From positions 17,236,001 to 17,300,000 of the forward strand of contig OX597835.1 of NCBI GenBank assembly GCA_951406725.2: 64,000 nt of DNA, given 5' to 3'. Shown piece after piece: positions 54,961-64,000 of this stretch. The notes below the pieces were generated by a model, which ran no database searches, was not told the DNA's origin, and worked only from the letters and a program-made list of their open reading frames with translations. A program made the translations under genes and the position numbers. Source of the DNA: Octopus vulgaris. Lineage: Eukaryota. Positions within the stretch are counted from its first letter, which is position 1, and each line of letters starts with the position of its first letter.

Positions 54961-55506
54961 CAGCGCCTGAATCCGGGTTAATCCTAATTTGAATCCGTCA
55001 CGTATTGTGAAATCCCTGTTATTATTAGAAGACAGGTGTGAAAACATAATTGTCACCCGTCACCGAATACTGTGCCTTTGTTTACTTATTTAGAGACTAA
55101 AGTGAATTACCTGGAGCACAGGGAAGACCACAAAGGAAGACCACAATTAAAACAAAATAACACCTTTAATCAGCATTTTGTTTTACAATCCACTTAAAAG
55201 TCAGAGGTCAAATCATCCTTACCTTACTCTTGTCTTCAATCTTTATTTCGTCCTTCCTTTTTCTTTTCTTTCTTTCTTTCTTTCTTCCTTATTCTTTCTT
55301 TCTTTCTTTCTCTCTTTCTTCCTTATTCTTCCTTTCTTACTTTCATTTTTTCTTTCTTTCTTTCTTCTTTCCTTCCTTCCTTCCTGTCTCTATGTCTTTC
55401 ATTCATTCATTTTTCTTCATTTGTGTTTCTTTCTTTCCTACTTTCTTTCTTTCTTCTGTCTATTCATCTAGCCGTCTATCAATCTACCTACTTATCTGTC
55501 TGACAA

Positions 55507-55760
<254 letters not shown>

Positions 55761-55988
55761 ATTTGTCTGTGTATCTATCTATCTGTCTGTAATCGCTCCT
55801 ATAGCAGAAAAGATTATTAGAACATTTGTCTGTGTATGTATGTATGTATCGATCCATCCATCTATCCATCCATCCATCCATCACAATTGCACTTCAACCT
55901 TTTCAGGGTGATAAAAAAACAAAAAAAAAACAAAAAGGTCCAACGCAAGGCAGTAGATTGATGGAACTGTAAGAATGTTGGACCATGT

Positions 55989-56227
55989 CATCATCATTGT
56001 TCAACCGTGGTCGAGACAATGGAATTTCCCTCTGGAATTGCGAGTAGATGGCTTCAAGAGGAGAAGAGTAGAAATTACCTCTTTTTCAGCTCTACAACAA
56101 TGTCCAGCAAACTGGACTCTCCTACCTTTCACAAGAGATGACACGAGAGATTTTGAGCTCTCATAAGGAGGCGAGTGTAGGTCCCATCCAACCGCCTCTC
56201 AAGCTTCTTTGATAACGTTCAGGTTTC
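55989..56227 (-). mobile_element. RTE-clade LINE 3' fragment, internally deleted, with a 30-bp TSD
   Basis: Minus-strand peptides ET*TLSKKLERRLDGTYTRLLMRAQNLS and RRVQFAGHCCRAEKEVISTLLL, (GAT)n tail; direct repeats 55959-55988 and 56228-56257 match 29 of 30. Confidence 0.85.
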
Positions 56228-57103
56228 TGACGGAACTGTAAGAATGTTGGACCATGTACTCGTGGTATTTATTACACAACTCTTCTGCCATTTTTTGCCT
56301 TTTAAAGATATCCATCGCTTACTTGAATGGAAGACTAAAAGCGTCGCTTTGTTTAACCTCTCCACTAGGTACACGGCCCCAGCGAAATCAACTCTGTAGG
56401 AAGTATTAAGGTGAGGTTAATAGTTAGTGGTTATCTTCCGCCTCGTATTTCACCGATGTGAGAGTCCTTGTAAAGAGTCATAGACACGGCCGTTACGCCT
56501 TACCACTTGACCAAAGTTAAAAAAATAAATAAAATAAAATAAAATAAGATAAAAAAATATTCCAACGGTATGACGAAGTCTCTCACCCGCTTTCGGCAAT
56601 GTGATGCTATGTCACTGAAGTGAAAGGCAAAGAAAAGTTTTTGACATAATGTCGCCGAAATATTACATCTTGATGTCAGTTAAGAAAATTCTTCTTGTCA
56701 GAGAAATAGAATAATAAGACGATTTTTGAGAAATGATGTGACAGCTTCCGGTGCGGCCATGATTGTTTTGACTGCTAGGAGACGCGTTGATTAATTAAGC
56801 CGGCATCATACGTTGCTGCTGTAGAAGCCAGACGCTCCGACGCTGATCTGTTGCTGAAGTAGCGGAAATAGTGATGGGTATGTACAAATAATTGTTCTTT
56901 AAACAGATTTTGTTGCCGTTGTTTCTTCGCTTCCGAGAAGAGACAGAACTCCACGAAGAGATAGGCTCGAATATATTTAGCTAATGTGCTGCCGGGAACT
57001 TAATGCGAACCAGCGACCAGTATGTTGGCAGCCTATAGCTCGATTTTAACCGGACATCACCAAGCACCGAATGAAACGGAAGCTTAGATATCCATCTAAG
57101 ACA

Positions 57104-57456
57104 TCTCTCTATATAAACGGCAGTTTGTCTGTCTGCGTGTCTGTGTGTCTGTTAGGTTGTACCCTCACCCTGACCACGGCTTTCAACCGATTCTGATGAA
57201 ACTTGACACACACATAGCCCAATGTCATAATTCAAAACTAACGCAGCGAAAATTTTGAAAAGTTCCCCCAGTTCTGAAAAAAATCAATAAATTCGACATG
57301 GGGTCGAGAATCAGAAACACAAACCACAGACTCTCAAAAGAAAATTTACCATCATTTTTTTTCCCATTTTTTTGCTATTTTTTGGCTATAACTCTCTAAA
57401 AATGCTTTATAGTTATTTCCCTTACAAACCCGAGCAACGCCGGGCGATACTGCTAG
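57104..57456 (+). mobile_element. Chimeric non-autonomous Helitron (H2-like 5' end, H1 3' end)
   Basis: A|TCtctctatataaacggca start; from about 57340 matches the H1 3' end including cccgagcaacgccggg and CTAG|T. Confidence 0.85.
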
Positions 57457-57949
57457 TCTACATTGTTTGTCAGCCGCAGATAGGTTTAGGTGGGGTTGTT
57501 CCGAAGCGGCCATGATTGCTTTAACTCCAAAGAGAGGATTTCATTAATTAACCCGCCATCTTCTGTTGCTATTTTAGATGGTAGACACCTCGACATTGAT
57601 CTGCGGATAAAGTAGTGATGGGTATGTACAAATGTTCTTCAAACTGATTTTGTTGCCGTGGTTGTTTCGTTTCTGAGGAACTCTAAAAAGCAATGGGCTC
57701 TGTTCTCGACCCTTTGCTATTTGTCTGGCGCAGTAATGACTCTATCAGTTTACCGATTAATTTATTTATTTCTAACTTAGGCACAAGGCCGGAAATTTTC
57801 CAGAAATGATGTTAATTGATATAATCAAACGTCTTTCTCGATCCATAGGTTCAGAAGTCCGATTTCCCGGATTCTGTGGCGTATAAAATCTAAAGTCTGG
57901 CCGAGATTTCGGTTCGTCGCCGGGTTACTCACACTTGCTAGTTGAGTGC

Positions 57950-58027
57950 TTTACAGTAACGTGAAATGAAGTGTTTTGCTCAAGAATATAATGCGTTGCC
58001 CATTTTAGGAATCGAACCTACAATCTT
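57950..58027 (-). mobile_element. SINE head-1 B-box and CORE-like body adjoining the 33-bp array
   Basis: Minus strand ggttcgattcc (58008-58018), then ttcttgagcaaaacacttcatttcacgtt. Confidence 0.8.
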
Positions 58028-58683
58028 ACGATCATGAGTGCGACCCTAATCACTGAGCCACGATCATGAGTGCGACCTCTCACCCCTGTGCCACGATCAC
58101 GAGTAAAGCCCCTAACTACTGTTCCACAATCACGAGTCCGAACCCCAACCACTGTGCCACAATCATGAGTGCGAATCCTAACCACTGTGCCACGATCATG
58201 AGTGCAAACCCTAACCACTATCATAATCATGAGTTTGAGCCCTAACCACTATTCCACGATCATGAGTGCGGCCCCTAACCACTGTGTTACGATCGTGAGT
58301 GCGAACCCAAACAACTGTTCTACGATCATGATTGAGGCCCCTATTCACTGTGCCACGATCATGAGTGAGACCTCTAACTACTGTCCCACGATCATGAGTG
58401 CGACCCCTAAACACTGTGCCACGATCATGAGTGCGAATCCTAACCAATGTGTCATGATCGTGAGTGCGACCCCGAAATACTGTGCCACGATCATTAGTGC
58501 GAATCCTAACCACTGTGTCATGATCGTGAGTGAGGCCCCTAACCACAATGTTCATGATCATGAGTTCGAGTCATAATCACTGTGCCACCATCATGAGTGA
58601 GGCCCCAAACCACTGCCACGATCGTGAGTGCGACCCCTAACCACTGGGCCATGATTATGAGCGTGAACCCTAACCAATGTGCC
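58028..58683 (-). repeat. Minisatellite of 20 x ~33 bp derived from a SINE A-box segment
   Basis: Unit acgatcatgagtgcgacccctaaccactgtgcc; the minus strand reads GTGGCACAGTGGTTAG across unit junctions. Confidence 0.92.
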
Positions 58684-58889
58684 TCACCGTCACTGAATAT
58701 GTCCGATGATGACGACGAGAACGACCAGGACCAACCCCATAACCAGCACCGCTACTGCCACCACCGTCTCCATCACAAGCACCACCACCAGCATCATCAC
58801 CACCACCATCATCACCAACACCATCAACAACAACTATGATGACGACGACGACGACGACAACAAAAATCAACATCCACCCATCGGGTCTT

Positions 58890-58929
<40 letters not shown>

Positions 58930-58967
58930 AACACTACTACTAGATCCACATCTACTCATCGGGTCTT

Positions 58968-59010
<43 letters not shown>

Positions 59011-59529
59011 AGCTGCTGCTGCTACTGCTGCTCCAGCACCAGAACCATCGTCGGGGCGTCTGGTTTCTACAGTAGCAACAGAAGATGGTGGGTTAATTAA
59101 TCAAAGCGTCTCTTAGCAGTCAAAACAATCATGGCTGCACCGGAAGCTGTCACATCATTCCTAAAAAAAAATCTTCTTATTATTCCATTTCATTGACAAG
59201 AAGAATTTTCTTAACTGACACCGAGCTCTAATATTTCGGCGATGTCATGTCAAAAAAAAAACTACTTAAAAAATAAAAAAGATGCGCTTCTTTTTACCTT
59301 TTAATTCCTTGATGCATCTTCGCGTTTCGATACTAATTAGAGAGATGAAAAGGTAATAATTGGTGTCACTTGAACGAAGAAGCCAATGAATCTGGTTTCA
59401 ACCACGAATACACACGGTCACTCACGCACGCAGACACGCCGGCGCGTACAGACATACGTATACGTAAATGATTAAATATGTGTGTGTGTGTGTGTGTATG
59501 TATGTACGTATATATATGTTTTTATATAT

Positions 59530-60745
<1,216 letters not shown>

Positions 60746-61306
60746 TGGGTTACATTTTGGTTTTGTCTTTTTATATTTACTGATATTCTGCATCCGTCAT
60801 AACGAAATCATAATCGTCATCATCATCACCGTCGTCATCATTATCATCGTCATCGTAATCACCATCATCACTACTATGATCATCAACACTATCACCATCA
60901 TTGTCATCGTAATCATCGCCATCTTCATCATAGTGATGGCTGACGACTTCTCCCGCCGCCAACTTCTTCATTCGCCTCCTCCTCCACGTCATTCACCTCC
61001 TCCTTCCGCTCCTCCTTTCTATCTCCCTCTCCACCACGTCTTTATATCTCCCTCTCTTCCTTTCTATCTCCTTCTCCATCCACTCTCTCATTCACCTCCA
61101 TCTCCACCTACCATTCTTCCATCTTTTTCTGTTTATCAAACCCTCCATCACCACCACTACTACCACCGCAGCCATCATTATCATCATCATCATCATTATC
61201 ATCAACATTATCATCAACATTATCATCATCATCAACATTATCATCATCATCACCATCAACATTTTTTGAGTGGTGCAATTTCACACGTTACAAAGTCAAG
61301 AGTAAA

Positions 61307-61349
61307 ACTTCCGGCCCGACCGATCTTGTCACCTGACTTCCGTTTCCGG
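61307..61349. promoter_or_regulatory. Cluster of ETS/GABP-type motifs
   Basis: ACTTCCGG 61307, ACTTCCGT 61336, TTTCCGG 61343 in a small CpG-rich patch. Confidence 0.3.
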
Positions 61350-61611
61350 TCGAAGACTGTTCATTTCATTTTCCGTCTATTATACACTTCATTAGAAAAA
61401 GGTTGACCTCAACGACTTCTTATTAACTAATTTGTATGAAAAGCAAAACAACACATCAAAGTTTTTTGTTACGTGGTCAGAATGTAATATAACGACAGCG
61501 GTTTCGATCTACGATTGGAGTTATAGCACATTTATGCGTTCGTTTTTAATGTAGATATTTTTCTGGTTGTTATATGTATACATGTGTCTGTATGTGTTTA
61601 TTTATATACTA

Positions 61612-61647
<36 letters not shown>

Positions 61648-62034
61648 CCTTTTCTACTCTACACACAAGGCCCGAAATTTTAGGGGAAGGGCCAGTTGAT
61701 TAGATCGACCTCAGTACACAACTGGCACTTAATTTATTGACAGGGGACAACTGATGAAGGGAATGCTCCCTATGTTGCCTGTCTCGTTTCTCTGTTTGTT
61801 TCTTTCGCTTTTCGAAAAAAAGTTCGTTTTCTATGTTTTTGTTTTTATGTTCTCATTTCTCGTTTTGTTGACCTTATTTTTGATGTTCTGTACCCATAAA
61901 TGCATGTATATATACATATATATTTAGGTATGTACATATATGCATGTATATATCCATATATCTATATATATTATTTATATTATTATATGATCGAACGCCA
62001 CGCATCCATTTTCAAGTAAGTTATATATATATAT

Positions 62035-62185
62035 ACGATGAATTTCTTTCAGGTTCCATCTACCAAATCCACTCACAAGCTATTGGTTGACCTGGACCAA
62101 TAGTAGAAGACACTTGCCTAAGGTGTCAGGCAGTGAAAGTGGACCCCAAACCATGTGGTTGAGAAGGAAGCTTCTTATCACAAAA
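62035..62185 (-). mobile_element. Family-B SINE 5' part
   Basis: ctaccaaatccactcacaag...agaagacacttgcctaagg...aaccatgtggttg. Confidence 0.8.
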
Positions 62186-62889
62186 CCAAAAGTGTCCTAA
62201 ATGAATTTTTTCATACTTTATACTCCAACGTCCACTAACATCAAAGAAGTATTTGAAGGAAAATTAGCTGCTATTTCTAGCAGAACAACAACAAAATAGA
62301 AGGTGCATTTGTTGGCTTGTTTCGAATTTTGTTTGCACGTACGAGATGTTGCTTTTAATTGAACCACTCTATAAAATTACTTTCTGCAAATGGGATTTTA
62401 ATTTTTAAAATTTAACTTCTCGCCCGGAGTAACCAAGAACTGTGATAAATATAAATTAGTTTCTTTACGTTACGTTACACTCACATATGCATACACAGAA
62501 ACACACACACACACACGTGCACGCGCACGCACAGAGTAAGACACAAACACACACACACACACACATACATGCATATAAATATATATATATCCATTTGTAT
62601 ATTTTATATTTAACTCTACCTTCAACACAACAAAATTGACAGCGAAAGTGAATTAAGTTTTTCAACTCAGGTCTTCGCCTGAAGCGAAGAGTTTTGATGA
62701 GAAAGTTTTATATTACATTCTACCAACCCGTGCAAATGTACATGGACACCTTTATTATTGTTGAACCATAGGCATAGAGGCACAGCCCAAATGCGTCGCA
62801 GCACATCCTGATTTAATGACGTATGTTATAAAGATGCATCTCACAAGTAGGCACACGCATGCCTCAGTATAAGGAACTCTTCCAGTAAA

Positions 62890-63062
62890 GAGGTTACAAA
62901 CTGTGGCAGAATACCAGTAATTTCGAGGAGAGTACTTATCTTATTGACCTCGGAAAAATGAAAGTCAATCTTTGTGGAATTTGAACTCAGAACATAAAGA
63001 TGGACGAAATACGGATAGGCATTTTTCGCCGCATGTTAACGATTCTACCAGCTGAGGGCCTT
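62890..63062 (-). mobile_element. Degenerate family-A2 SINE
   Basis: ggaatttgaactcagaacataaagatggacgaaatac...aacgattctaccagct. Confidence 0.75.
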
Positions 63063-63268
63063 AAATCTTTGATGTATAGTAACAGCTATAATATAGAGGC
63101 ATGTTTCATAAGTAAGCACAAACAGCCCTAAGTTTAAGGTCATCTCTCCCAGTATAAACTTTTTCCATAAACAGACGCAATAGCACACGCAGCACAGCTG
63201 TACTCCGGCATACACAATAACAAAGTCATACCATCAGACATGCACACATACCCACACACACACACACA

Positions 63269-63307
<39 letters not shown>

Positions 63308-63853
63308 GACGGTGGTCTCCCACAAAATATTCTTCTGTCATATATTACTCACAATATGGCAGTGAGTCTGGTGTTGCAGTAAAAGATTCCTTTTCAAATT
63401 GCCGCGCTTTGGGATCGAACGTAGAACCACGATGTTGAGAAACAAACCATGTATCCACAGGTATAAATATTTCCCAGCTTTACTTCTGTAATAGAGTTAG
63501 TAAAGTAATAAGGAGTTTGAGAAGTTTCTGTTATATAGCGCTACCTGTGTTACATAGCAGTTGAGACGCATTTTGTAGTTTGAAAAACTACAATTCTTTC
63601 TGCACTCACAGCTCACTTATGTAGACATAACTGATATGAAAGCAACATCGGATAGTGGTTTAAACAATAGATTGTTAATGACAATCTATTGTATTAATTA
63701 GAAGACGTGGATATAAAAATAACATGAACAACAATATTAATTACCCAAATATCAACAGATACTGTAAACAACAGTAACAACTAGAGCAAGTATCTCATCG
63801 TTTTTCTTCTTCCACCTCCTCCTTCAACTCATCGTCGTCGTCATCATTCTTTT

Positions 63854-63895
<42 letters not shown>

Positions 63896-64000
63896 CAACA
63901 GCAGCAGCAGCAGCAGCAGCGTCATTATCAGCAACGAAGTACCCTCGCAAATGTGTCCTCTGACGTCCTCTGTCATTTCCGAGTACTCTCTCTCTCTCAC

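Larger units (their letters stand above)
56637..59258. repeat. Local three-copy repeat: 56637-56940, 57497-57680 (direct) and 59041-59258 (inverted)
   Basis: Shared gc(a/g)gccatgattg...attaattaa core; gtcagttaagaaaattcttcttgtca and atgatgtgacagcttccggtgc are shared by the first and inverted copies. Confidence 0.85.

Noticed and set aside
58028-58683. CRISPR array or repeat-protein gene
   Set aside because: Units are contiguous with no unique spacers, there are no cas genes and the context is eukaryotic; the unit derives from a SINE head and its 33-bp length explains the ORFs.
61745-61775. CTGATGAAGGG...CCC as a hammerhead
   Set aside because: No GAAA follows stem II.

Overview
Animal non-coding DNA, most likely an octopod cephalopod. 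That assignment rests on my recollection of octopus SINE families plus the extreme microsatellite load and is not verified. No host protein-coding exon, rRNA, true tRNA or CRISPR array is supportable; nearly all listed ORFs are microsatellite read-throughs. The window is a mosaic of: tRNA-derived SINEs (several head/tail combinations, several with target-site duplications); five non-autonomous Helitron-type elements; a 5'-truncated Tc1/mariner DD34E transposon with an apparent GT-AG intron; decayed LINE fragments (Tx1/L1-type ORF2 C-terminus, RTE 3' end); a hAT-type MITE; and Penelope-like ends. Best leads: (1) two minimal type-I hammerhead ribozyme folds 345 nt apart (15022-15414) sharing a compensated U3-A8 core and covarying stem II; (2) a 20-copy 33-bp array of a SINE Pol III A-box feeding one B-box (58008-58683); (3) the intron-containing Tc1; (4) unique islands with clustered K50-homeodomain, CTCF, bZIP and ETS motifs, suggesting a regulatory intron or gene desert. 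All alignments and identities were done by eye.
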